This document shows, in pieces, positions 1 to 11,358 of a DNA stretch of 64,000 bases (the stretch's first letter is position 1; every line of letters starts with the position of its first letter). The DNA comes from Octopus sinensis. Taxonomy: Eukaryota. A model generated the notes under the pieces. That model ran no database searches and was not told the origin of the DNA. It saw only the letters and a program-made list of their open reading frames with translations. The stretch is taken from the NCBI RefSeq assembly GCF_006345805.1, contig NW_021833246.1:26297-90296 (forward strand), written 5' to 3'. Position numbers and translations under genes: made by a program.

Positions 1-177
1 ACAGGAAGAAAGAGTGAGAGAAAGTTGTAGTGAAAGAATACAGCAGGGTTTCCCACCACCTCCTGCCAGAGTCTCGTGGAAATCATTAAACACTCACAAC
101 GCCCGGTCTTGAAATCGAAACCGCGATCCGTATGACCGCGAGTCTCCTGCCTAATCACTGGGCCATTGCGCCTCCAC
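1..177 (-). mobile_element. tRNA-derived SINE, family A (5' part; runs off the window edge)
   Basis: The reverse complement begins GTGGAGGCGCAATGGCCCAGTGATTAGG...GGTTTCGATTTCAAGACCGGGCG, with Pol III A-box and B-box-like motifs. Same family as 15593-15890 and 48437-48607. Confidence 0.85.
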
Positions 178-310
178 TATATGTATGTGTGTGTGTGTGT
201 GGATGCAGTATAATTTCTAAATTATATCTTTAGCGAGTTAACTTGGGGTTCCTTAACGACAGTGTATATGCAGTACATATAATTTCCACTATGTATGACC
301 ACTTAATATG

Positions 311-322
311 TTATTATTATTA

Positions 323-379
<57 letters not shown>
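311..379. repeat. (TTA)n microsatellite
   Basis: Direct reading. Confidence 0.95.
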
Positions 380-380
<1 letters not shown>

Positions 381-530
381 GGCGGGGAGCTGGTAGAGTT
401 CTTACCACGCCGAAGTCGATTTTGCCTTCCATCCTTTCAAGGTCCACAAATTAAGTACCAGTGAAAAATGTAATCGACTTAACAACTCCCCCAAATTTCA
501 GTTCTTGCATTTATAGTAGACGGGATTTAT
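379..530 (+). mobile_element. SINE family B (AAGGCGGCGAGCTGGCAGAA... type), internally deleted
   Basis: Shares the head aaggcggggagctggtagag and the block gtcgattttgccttccatcctttc...ttaagtaccag with many other copies in the window. Confidence 0.8.
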
Positions 531-552
531 AAAAATAATAACAATAATACTA

Positions 553-1079
553 CGGTCTCGCATCCAATAAGCCCTATTCCTCCACTTTTTCTTGGTACAC
601 ACAATCTGCCTGTGTCAGATTTTGGGTGGAGTATCGTATATCTTATCAGCAACTTCCTTGTCTTTCTGTCTAAGCTGTTTAGTTCGTCTACAGTCCATGC
701 GAACACCTCTGCTCCATATCAAAGGAGTGAAATCGCCTAGGTGTTGATAGCTTCAATCTTATTCCGTCCGTTTCATTTCGACTTAAGGATCAGTCTCAGT
801 CTGTGAAAGTACTCCACCTTAAATTTGTCTGTCATATCTTCCTCCATCAATTTATCCATTTCTAATATCCACAAGTACTTATAGCCCGTCTCTGCTATCT
901 GTTTGATAACCTCCCCCGACAGTATCACTATCCCGTCCATATATTTGATTTTGCCTCCCTTCATGTCTAACACACCACACTATTTCAGTCCGAACTCCAT
1001 TCTGATATCTGTATTGAAAGTATAAACCGTATTAACGAGTGAGATGACTTGGGATTCATCTTTGCCATAAAATTTGATG

Positions 1080-1083
<4 letters not shown>
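553..1083 (-). pseudogene. RLE-type non-LTR retrotransposon (R4/Dong-like) reverse transcriptase C-terminal fragment
   Basis: The minus strand translates DIKFYGKDESQVISLVNTVYTFNTDIRMEFGLK*CGVLDMKGGK...GYKYLWILE...YFHRLRLILKSK, continuing to a HPKSDTGRLCVPRKVEE-like segment. This matches the YMDDIKL / DIGMEFGLDKC / YKYLG / HPKSDxDRLY motifs of the R4 clade. Contains stops and frameshifts. Confidence 0.8.

Positions 1084-1128
<45 letters not shown>
1082..1128. repeat. (TTA)n microsatellite at the 5' junction of the R4-like fragment
   Basis: Direct reading. Confidence 0.95.
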
Positions 1129-1129
<1 letters not shown>

Positions 1130-1676
1130 GATTTTGTTGTTGTTATTGTTATCAGTCTTGTTTCGGCTATTTTTATCAATATTGTGATTATTGTTACCGT
1201 AATTAGCATTGCGATTATTATATTCTATTGCATTTATATCTCATAATTCTCGGCAACTGTACAGAGGCATCCAGTTACTTAGATGATAACGTTTTGAGAT
1301 AACGTTTGCAATGGATTAAATATCTCATCTGCTACCCTGAAAACTGATATTTTACTAAGAATAAAAGACATCCAGGACTGCTCATTTTATCCTGTCGAAA
1401 TAAACAGTTCCAGAAATACATGGATACAGCCCTACGGCACAGCAAAGGGGGAATGATGCGATATAAAATCCCGATCATTTTATACATTATTATTCCCAGA
1501 TATTTTTATCATCTTAAACGTACACCGCACAAACATTTCAGGCAAACTCCATTTCCATTACATTGTTGGGACTGTTATTTTTCAAACTAGAAAAATAAAC
1601 AAACGTTACAATTCTTTATATAACACATAAAATAACTCATTCCTACTTCGTTGTTTTTCCGCTGGCACATTACTGA

Positions 1677-1741
<65 letters not shown>

Positions 1742-2023
1742 TGACTGTTTTATTTTTCCTCTGTGCAACAAACATTTCATAGTTTTATTCGCCTCGGGAG
1801 ACATATCAATATATCGTAGAATTATATGAAGTTTTCTCTTTACATATTAAACGTACAATAAATAGATTTTTTTTCTTCAGTGCAACACATCACATTGGGA
1901 AAAAATATCCTTTTTCCTTCGCTCTCTTAATTTTTTTTTCAAAGAATTACAATGAAATGATAATCGCAACAAATCGTTGTCAAGGAACATGTATGCAATA
2001 AAATATATATAAATAAAATGTGC

Positions 2024-2068
<45 letters not shown>

Positions 2069-2219
2069 TATATATATACTCTTATTATAAATATATATAT
2101 ATATATATATATGCAGAAACACAAATATACCTTATAATCATACACACACAGGTACACGAATCGGATAATCGGATTATTCAGCAAAAAATACAATGCCATT
2201 ACTAAAATATTATAACTCC

Positions 2220-2271
<52 letters not shown>

Positions 2272-3020
2272 TGATGATGATGATGATTTTATCACCACGT
2301 TAATATGACCCTCTATATTATTGTTCAGAAAATCATTGTTGTCTTATGTTGATTTGTAGTGTTACATTATCGTTACTTTCATGCTTGTGATGTGGATGTA
2401 GCTGTGGATGTTGCTGTTGTTTTGTTTTTATACATGTATTTATGTCGACAGTTATTTACATATCTTTTTTTTTTGTCTCTCAATTTATTATTTATATAGT
2501 TATTGCTATGTTACGTTTGATGTTTGTGGAATAATGACCACACATTACAAACCAACCCGCCTGTCATCTCCGAAAAAGCAAAGACAAATGCAAGACTTGA
2601 GTAAGAACACTTAATAATGTGTTTTATGGATTAGCTGAATCAGTAAATCGTCGAACAAAACGGCATACGGCCTTTAGTTTTGGACATTTATCTTCTCAGT
2701 TCAAATTTCCCCGATGATTTACTGGTCCTTGATTCGCTTTATATGTCGTGATTTAAAAATCCGTTAATGTGATTTTTGCATTTTATTTTTCTGAGACACA
2801 CAGGTTACTGTATATGTCAAGCATTCAATTAGAAATGGCCTCTTGGTTCTCGCGCACAAAACCTGTGGCGGTGAGTCTAATTTCGACAATATAATCAGTG
2901 GCAGATATAACGTTCGCCGTGCAGTAGGCAAAGACCAGTGCGTTGGGGCATAATTTCTATGAAGCGCAGTACAGCTCTGACCATTATTCCTCTTATATTC
3001 ATGTTTTGTGTAATCTCAAC

Positions 3021-3160
3021 GAAGGCGGCGTGCTGGCAGAACCGTTGGTATGAGTGGCGAAATTCTTAGTGGTATATCTTGTGTCTTGATTTTCTGAGTT
3101 CAAACTCCGCCGAGGTCAACTTTGTCTTTTATCCTTTCGCAGTCGATAAATTAAATACCA
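3021..3160 (+). mobile_element. SINE family B
   Basis: gaaggcggcgtgctggcagaaccg...ctgagttcaaactccgccgaggtcaactttg...gtcgataaattaa. Confidence 0.8.
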
Positions 3161-3487
3161 ATTTATTTCAATTGAATTTAAACTTAATTGTAATTCGAAT
3201 TTAATTATAGCCATGAAACGTACGTAGCGTTTTTACTTATTATATTGTATTTATCATTCTTTTTATACTTAAAAAAATTTAATTAAAAATGTTATATTTT
3301 AAATTCAATATATATATTATATTAATTATTTATATTATTTGTTATTTATGTATTGGTTTATGTTTATCACTGTTTGAGTTGCTTAATAATGGTTTTATCT
3401 CTAATTCATATTTTATAGATATACATACATATATATATATATATATATGCGCGCACACACACACACATACATGCACACACACACATG

Positions 3488-3518
<31 letters not shown>

Positions 3519-3544
3519 ATATATATATATATGTATAGAGAGAG

Positions 3545-3582
<38 letters not shown>

Positions 3583-3626
3583 AAACAAGTCAAAAATAGA
3601 AAATGCTAAAATAATTTTATAGTGAA

Positions 3627-3674
3627 CATTTCAGTACCGGTTTCGGTCATTTTCAGACCTTTTCAACTGTAACG
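3627..3674 (-). ncRNA. Mirror copy of the hammerhead motif in the left arm
   Basis: Exact reverse complement of 3905-3952. Confidence 0.65.
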
Positions 3675-3904
3675 ATTAAATAATTAAATTTAGAAAAATT
3701 AGAAGAAAAGTTTTTTTAAAAGAATATTTCTATAGTAGTGTTCAGATTTAAGTGGCATTCTGCCTTTCTCTGACTCTCTGTTTGCACTTGTGCAAAACAA
3801 GGGAGTCAGAGAAAGGCAGAATGCCACTTAAATCTGAACACTACTATAGAAATATTCTTTTAAAAAAACTTTCTTCTAATTTTTCTAAATTTAATTAATT
3901 TAAT

Positions 3905-3952
3905 CGTTACAGTTGAAAAGGTCTGAAAATGACCGAAACCGGTACTGAAATG
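3905..3952 (+). ncRNA. Minimal type I hammerhead ribozyme (U3-A8 core variant)
   Basis: CGTTACAG-TTGAAAA-GGTC(tgaaaat)GACC-GAAAC-CG-GTA^CTGAAATG. Stem I has 7 of 8 pairs, stem II has 4 bp, stem III is the palindrome ACCGGT, and the cleavage triplet is GUA. Confidence 0.7.
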
Positions 3953-4077
3953 TTCACTATAAAATTATTTTAGCATTTTCTATTTTTGACTTGTTTTTTC
4001 ATATATATCAACTCGTGTGTTCCTTTTCACCCTTATACATATATATATACTATATATATATATATATAGATATTATA

Positions 4078-4109
<32 letters not shown>

Positions 4110-4318
4110 CTTATATATATCTATATATATATGGATATGAATATACGTATGTGTAAGTTTGAATACGTATATATGAATCTATATCTGTTCATATCACCAT
4201 GGCCTTTCCTTGCAGAAATTGCAAAACTTCTACACGAATTTAAATGTTACACGTAGCTTCATCTTCCCTAGAACTTGTCGTTTTGTATATTTCTTCCTAT
4301 GCGTTGTGTTTGTATTAA

Positions 4319-4384
<66 letters not shown>

Positions 4385-5125
4385 CATTATTATTGTTGTT
4401 GTTGCTATTATCAGGGTTATTACTAGTTTAACAGTTACCGTTTTCTTTATTTTCCCTGTAGATACAAGTGCGCGTGTGTCTATATATATATATATGTGTG
4501 TGTGTGCGTGTGTGTGTGTGTGCGTGTGTGTGTGTGTGCGTGTGTGTGTGTTTGTTTGTGTGTGTGTATAAGTGTATATATATATATATAAAGAATATAT
4601 GTATATATATATAATATGTATATTGCATATAGGTAAACACACATATGTGTGTGTGTGTGTTTGGGTGCTGAGTGTGTAAATTATATATGTGTTTGTGCGT
4701 ATGCGTGTGTATGTTTGTGCATGTGTATATGTGTGTGTGTGTACGTGTGTACAATTACCTTTTTTCTGCTATTTTTTTTTTTTATGTTCTACCTTATATT
4801 GACTGATATTAATAGGTGCTTATTTTCCCTATGTATTAATATCATTGGAATTCTGTGAATGACACTGACATCGTGTCTTTAGATGCCATAGAAACTCGAT
4901 GTCGCGGCATTATCTGCTTTACATGAAAGAAAGGTCATCGAAGAGGAAATAGCAAAGAGAGAGAGAGAGAGAGAAAGAAAGAGAGAGGTGGGAGAGAAAG
5001 AGAGACAGAAAGATATAGCAGGATAGATATAGATATGGTTAAATATAGAGAGTGTGTGAGAGAGAGAAATACAGTAAACAAGACAAATGGAGAAGCTTGA
5101 GTGGTATATGTATATATAATATACA

Positions 5126-5161
<36 letters not shown>

Positions 5162-5355
5162 TAAATACATATATATATATATATATATATATTGATGTTG
5201 AGAAATGTGGAAAAAATATATCAAAGACGATTGATATAGAAAGATATTGACACCTATGCGTACACACGTAAACGCACAAATGTACACATACATATGCATT
5301 CATATACACTTAATTATATGTATAGGCGTGAATGCACGTATGTTAACATGAGCGC

Positions 5356-5396
<41 letters not shown>

Positions 5397-5738
5397 GAAA
5401 AGCACATTCTGACTGCTAGCGAGAGTGAGGCTCAGTGATTGCATACATACTAACATATATATATATATATATATATATGTATATGTATACATAATACTTA
5501 TACACACACACGCACGCACACACACACACACACACTATATATATATATTATATATACATATTTTTTGTGTATACGTATGCATATGTTTATATGTGTGTGT
5601 GTATACAAGAGAGTCATAAGATTTCGCAGTAACAAATATATAACTGCTTAAAAATGGACATAAAAAATAAACGTAAGCAATGGACATATATATATATATA
5701 TATAAAATATATATATATATAATATTATAATATATATA

Positions 5739-5815
<77 letters not shown>

Positions 5816-5868
5816 ATAAAGGTAAAATAAACGTAAAGCAATGGACATATATATAATATATTATATAT

Positions 5869-5913
<45 letters not shown>

Positions 5914-6089
5914 ATATATATATATATTAAATATATACTGTCTGTGCATGCGCGTGGTGCATGTGTGAGTATGCGTGTTTACGAACAGCGGAGATCTGAT
6001 ACGTTCGTTGGTTGCTCTGTAGAAGGCTATACACACATGAACACATATTTATGTTGAAACACCCATAATACAAATATACATATATAAAT

Positions 6090-6133
<44 letters not shown>

Positions 6134-6374
6134 TTCAAAGTGTTATACAGACAGATAGAGAAAAAAACTTAAAAACAGTGTTTGATAAATAAGGATTGGA
6201 ATTCATAACAGGGTCATATAACCTTCCTCTTTCGTTTATTTTTATCAAACATATATCTGGGGTGGAAATCGTCTAAAACCGGAAGAGCAATTTCTAACCT
6301 CGTATTTACATCCGCATTGCTATGATATGTGAAAAATTGTTTAAAAAAATTGTAAATCAGTTCCATCGTTTCTC

Positions 6375-6416
<42 letters not shown>

Positions 6417-6816
6417 CCAGTCTCTTTCTCTTCCCTTTTACCCTCTCGTTTTCTCTCTTTACATCTCTATTTCTTTCACTTTCTCTTGTTGAATCATTCT
6501 CTTTCTCTTTTATATTTTCTAACTTATTTAGAAAAAGTCCCCCCCCCTTGATTTTATCGCTTTCTCCTTTTTCTTATTCATCCATGTAACACTTTTTGTC
6601 TTTCTTTTTGCTGTTGTTGTCAATCTCAACCCTTGACCCTCGCTCTTGCATCACCGATCTCCCTCTCATACATTCAAACGCTATCTTTAAGACAATCAGA
6701 CTCTCTCTCTATCTTATCATACATACTCTCCCTCACCACCCGCAAACACTTAATACATCTCTCTTTCTCTCTCTTAACTTCTGTCAATTACAAACATACA
6801 CATACACACACACACA

Positions 6817-6859
<43 letters not shown>

Positions 6860-7019
6860 ATATTACTTTGATCCCACCATTTCCTGGCCTATCTGAATTT
6901 ATCATCCACTATCACTGCATCTCTTTCTGTTGTGCTCACGTGCAGCAAACACTCATGATCACTCCCATTCACTTTCTGCCTATCTATCTTTCTCCCTCTG
7001 TCTCTAACTACGTTTTCCG

Positions 7020-7495
7020 TACACACATAAAAACATACACGCATACACACATACAAATACATACATACATACATACATACATACATACATACATACATAC
7101 ACACATACATACATACAAATACATACATACATAATACAAATACATACACACATACATACACACATACATACATACATACATACATACATACAAATACATA
7201 CATACGCACATACATACATACAAATACATACACACATACAAATACATACATAATACAAATACATACATATATACACACATACATACATACAAATACATAC
7301 ATACAAACATACATACAAATACATACATACAAACATACATACAAATACATACATACAAATACATACATACAAATACATACATACAAATACATACATGCAC
7401 ACATACACACATACACACATACATACATACATAATACAAATACATACATACACACATACAAATACATACATGCATACATACATGCATCCTTGCAT
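7020..7495. repeat. Compound (CATA)n array with recurring CATACAAATA variant units
   Basis: Direct reading. Explains ORFs 6889-7502. Confidence 0.95.
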
Positions 7496-8117
7496 CTCTC
7501 ACAAACTAACTAATCAAATGTCTTCCTTACATTCAAACAACCATACCTTAACATATTTTGTATCAAACTTGTATACACCATCCGCCATGACACCCAGGAT
7601 TTTCTAATGGATCGTCGGAATCAGATTATCGAAACACCCAACACCCAACACCAAAACACCCCACCCAACTCTCAACCCACAACTCTGAACACCCAAATCC
7701 CAACTCCTGGTCCCCGTAGCCTCGTACCGACGTAATAAATCTAAAATGCCTATAAGGAACACGTGACTGGTGAAAACTGGGTTAGGATGGGAAGACGTGT
7801 CAAGATAAATAACCAACACAAGCAGAATCATATTGATTTAGTATGGCTGTGGTTCTTGTTGGCGTATATAGGATGGTACAAGTCTTGGTGGTGTTAGTGT
7901 TAATAGTAGCACTAATATATATTGTATGTGTTGGTACGTATTAGTTAAGCATCCCTGCCGTATTGATGTTGTTATGGAAGTTGCCTTTTGGAAATGGTGT
8001 TAGTTCTTCTCGTTGTTTTTTCATTTGTTTTATCTCATTTTGCAAAAAAACCAATAACAACAAACATACAAGACAAAAGCAACAGAACAGACATCAACAT
8101 AATAATAATAATAATAT

Positions 8118-8151
<34 letters not shown>

Positions 8152-8174
8152 TAATATAATAAATAATAATAATG

Positions 8175-8221
<47 letters not shown>

Positions 8222-8319
8222 TTTAATAATAATAATAATAAGAAGAAGGGGAATGATAAGAATATTAATATTTTTGTTGTAGGCTTGAAGTTTGGAGGGC
8301 ACGAGGTAACTTGATTTCA

Positions 8320-8470
8320 TTCACCAAGAGATAGTTATTTTATCGACCCCCGAAAAGATGGACGGCAAAATCGACCTCGGTGGAGTTGGAACTCGGAATG
8401 TGAAAAACCGGATGAAATACCGCTAAACATATTAACCGGCGTGCTGACGATTAAGCGAACTTGCCGCCTT
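8320..8470 (-). mobile_element. SINE family B
   Basis: ttatcgacccccgaaaagatggacggcaaaatcgacctcggtggagttggaactc...gccgcctt is the reverse complement of the family B head. Confidence 0.8.
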
Positions 8471-8587
8471 AATAATGATGATGATGATTATGATGATGAT
8501 GATAATGGTGATAGTGCTGGTGGTACTAATACTACTGCTACTACTACAAATAAAAATAATAATAATAACACTAATAATAATAACAAC

Positions 8588-8645
<58 letters not shown>

Positions 8646-8649
8646 TAAT

Positions 8650-8870
8650 TTTCTTTTCTACTCTAGGCAAAAGGCTCGAAATTTTGGGAGGGAGAAGGAC
8701 CCAGTCGATTACATCGACCGCAGTACGCAACTGATACGTAATTTATCGACTCTGATAGGATGAAAGGCACAGTCGATCTCGGCGGAATTTGAACTCAGAA
8801 CGTGAGGACAGACGAAATACCGCTAACCATTTTTACCCGCCGTGCTAACAATTCTGCAAGCTCACGGCCT
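8650..8870 (-). mobile_element. SINE family B, near full length, embedded in (AAT)n on both sides
   Basis: Runs from ttttctactctaggc to ctgcaagctcacggcct, flanked by (AAT)n at about 8560-8645 and 8875-8952. Confidence 0.85.
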
Positions 8871-8882
8871 CATATAATAATG

Positions 8883-8942
<60 letters not shown>

Positions 8943-8976
8943 TAATAATAATAATTATTATTATTATTTAAAAAAA

Positions 8977-9019
<43 letters not shown>

Positions 9020-9021
<2 letters not shown>

Positions 9022-9145
9022 TTTCTACTAAATGCACAATGTCATCAATTTGTAAAGAGGGGACTAGTCGAGGACATCGACCCCCAGTGTTTCACTAGTA
9101 CTGGTATGGACCCCGAAAAGATTTAAGGCAAACTCGACCTCAGCA
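9020..9145 (-). mobile_element. SINE family B 3' part
   Basis: ctttctactaaatgcac...gtcgaggacatcgacccccagt...ccccgaaaag...ctcgacctc. Confidence 0.7.
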
Positions 9146-9156
9146 AGTAGTAGTAG

Positions 9157-9198
<42 letters not shown>

Positions 9199-9254
9199 CA
9201 ATAGTAGTATTGGTAGTAGAAGAGAAGGTCGTTCAGGAGTGACAGTGGCAGATG

Positions 9255-9400
9255 TTTCTACTTAAGGTATTAGGCAGAAACGTTTGGTGAGCGGAGCTAG
9301 TGGATTGCATCGACCCTCAGCATGCAAAATCAAAGATGAAAGTCGATTCAGCGGAATTTGAACTCAGAATGTAGGCCTGGCAGGAATGCAGCTAAGCATT
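9255..9400 (-). mobile_element. SINE family B, diverged
   Basis: ttctacttaaggtattaggcagaaac...catcgaccctcag...gcggaatttgaactcagaatg. Confidence 0.65.
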
Positions 9401-9979
9401 AATAGTAATCTTGACATTGGTGTTGATGACGAAGATACTAATATTAATAATAAAATCGATGTTGATAATGCATTCCTACTGAGGCAAGGCAAATGTCTTC
9501 AAGTATTTTCTGCTAAAAGAAATATTTATAGATGGCTTTTAGATATGTGTAGTAAACGAAAACTCATGTATGGATATATGTGTATGTCCGTAAGAAGATT
9601 GTATGTATGCAGATAGGTGCTTATGTATGAATGTGTGCGTGGATGCACCTATGTATGAATATACAAATATATATACACACACACACACACACATATAATA
9701 TATATATATATATATACATATGTATATATATACATATATATATATATATACACATATTATATATGTGTATATATTTATATATATAACACTCATATATATA
9801 TACATTATACATACATTAATATATATATATACAAATATATATATGTACATATACATATATATATATATTATATATATATATATTATAAGTATATTTTTAT
9901 ATATAAAAACATATATACACAAATACGCCTATACGCATATATATGCATGTACATATATAATCATACACATATATAATCA

Positions 9980-10027
<48 letters not shown>

Positions 10028-10094
10028 TAATATATAATATATATATATATATTATTATATCTATATTGTATATATATATATATATGTATATGTA

Positions 10095-10135
<41 letters not shown>

Positions 10136-10680
10136 CATAATACATACACGAATGATATATATGCCGTTATATTTTTCATTGTTCTTACCGATTTCCATAT
10201 TCACCATTCTTACTGTTTCCAAAGATAAAATATTCGTTATTCAACAATTCTTTTTATATCAATCACCATGGTGATTTTAGTGACTGAAATGGCCATTTCA
10301 TTCTGTTACATACACATAAGTATCAACATATAACCCCACATAGAAATCCGAATGATGAGCTCGAACGCACATATGCATACATGCATATATATTTTTGTGC
10401 GTAGACACACTTACTCACACAGAAGCATACACACGCGCACACATCCCCATGCATATCTATATTATATATATATATATATATATAATATATATATACATAT
10501 ATGTGTGTGTGTGTATGTGTGTGTGAGTGTGTATCGCTGTGTATTTGCGTGTGTGTTCGTGTGCGTTTATTTGCGTGCGTGAGGTCGTATGTGCGTTTGT
10601 AAGTGCGTTAGCATATCGCAAATACAACCTCGTACACAGTATGCACTTAGGGAGACACAAAGGGAATTATATGGACAATC

Positions 10681-10717
<37 letters not shown>

Positions 10718-10967
10718 TTCAGACAACAATTGTAATTAGGTTTATGTTTATATAATATGTATGCATATATATATAAATGTATATCTATCGATCTATATTT
10801 ATACGTATGTATATATGTGTGTGTGTATGTATGTATCTATCTATCTAGTCTACCTGGGCCTATCCAGTTATATATATACATATATATATATATATATACA
10901 TACATATATATATATATATATACATACATACATACATACACACATACACAAATATATATATATAGGC

Positions 10968-11358
10968 ATAGATGTGCCTGCGTGGTAAAAAGCTTGCTTC
11001 CCCAACACATGGTTCCGGGTTTCGTACCCCTGCGTGGCAACTTGGACAAGTGTCTCCCATAGATTCGGGCCCACAGAAACCTTATTGAGTGGTCCGTGTA
11101 GACGGAAACTAAAGGAAACTTTTCACATGTGTATATATGTATGTGCATGTGTGTATGTATATATCTATATATGTCTTTGTGTCTTTTGTTTGACAACCCC
11201 CCCCCCACCGTTCCCGTATCGTAGCATCTGAGGCCGATAGAATAAGTAAGTGGCTTTGAAAGTAACTCTTGGTGTCGATTTGTTCGTCTGAAACCCTTTG
11301 TGGTTGTACAGCAGCAAGGTTGCAGTCAAAGGACTGAGATAAGTAAAGGAATAAAAGA
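10968..11358 (+). mobile_element. Bipartite SINE family C: tRNA-like head plus CORE-like block, internal TA/TG microsatellite, then 3' tail
   Basis: The head is gcgtggtaaaaagcttgcttcccaacacatggttccgggtttcgtacccc...cttggacaagtgtct and the tail ends gcagtcaaaggactgagataagtaaaggaataaaag. Related pieces occur at 33700, 37445, 49520, 60600 and 62150. Confidence 0.8.

Larger units (their letters stand above)
3577..4040 (+). mobile_element. Fold-back Penelope-like pLTR element, family P-A copy 1 (about 212-bp inverted arms, 2-nt loop, about 38-nt unpaired 3' tail)
   Basis: 3577-3787 is the reverse complement of 3790-4002 with few mismatches. The centre is tttgcac-tt-gtgcaaa and the tail ends ACCCTTATACAT. 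A hammerhead motif lies in the arm, and a second copy is at 50911-51495. Confidence 0.8.

Noticed and set aside
3577-4002. Interpretation of the hairpins as MITEs with long TIRs
   Set aside because: The ends are asymmetric (unpaired tail), there is no internal spacer or clear TSD, the arms co-vary per copy, and a hammerhead is present.
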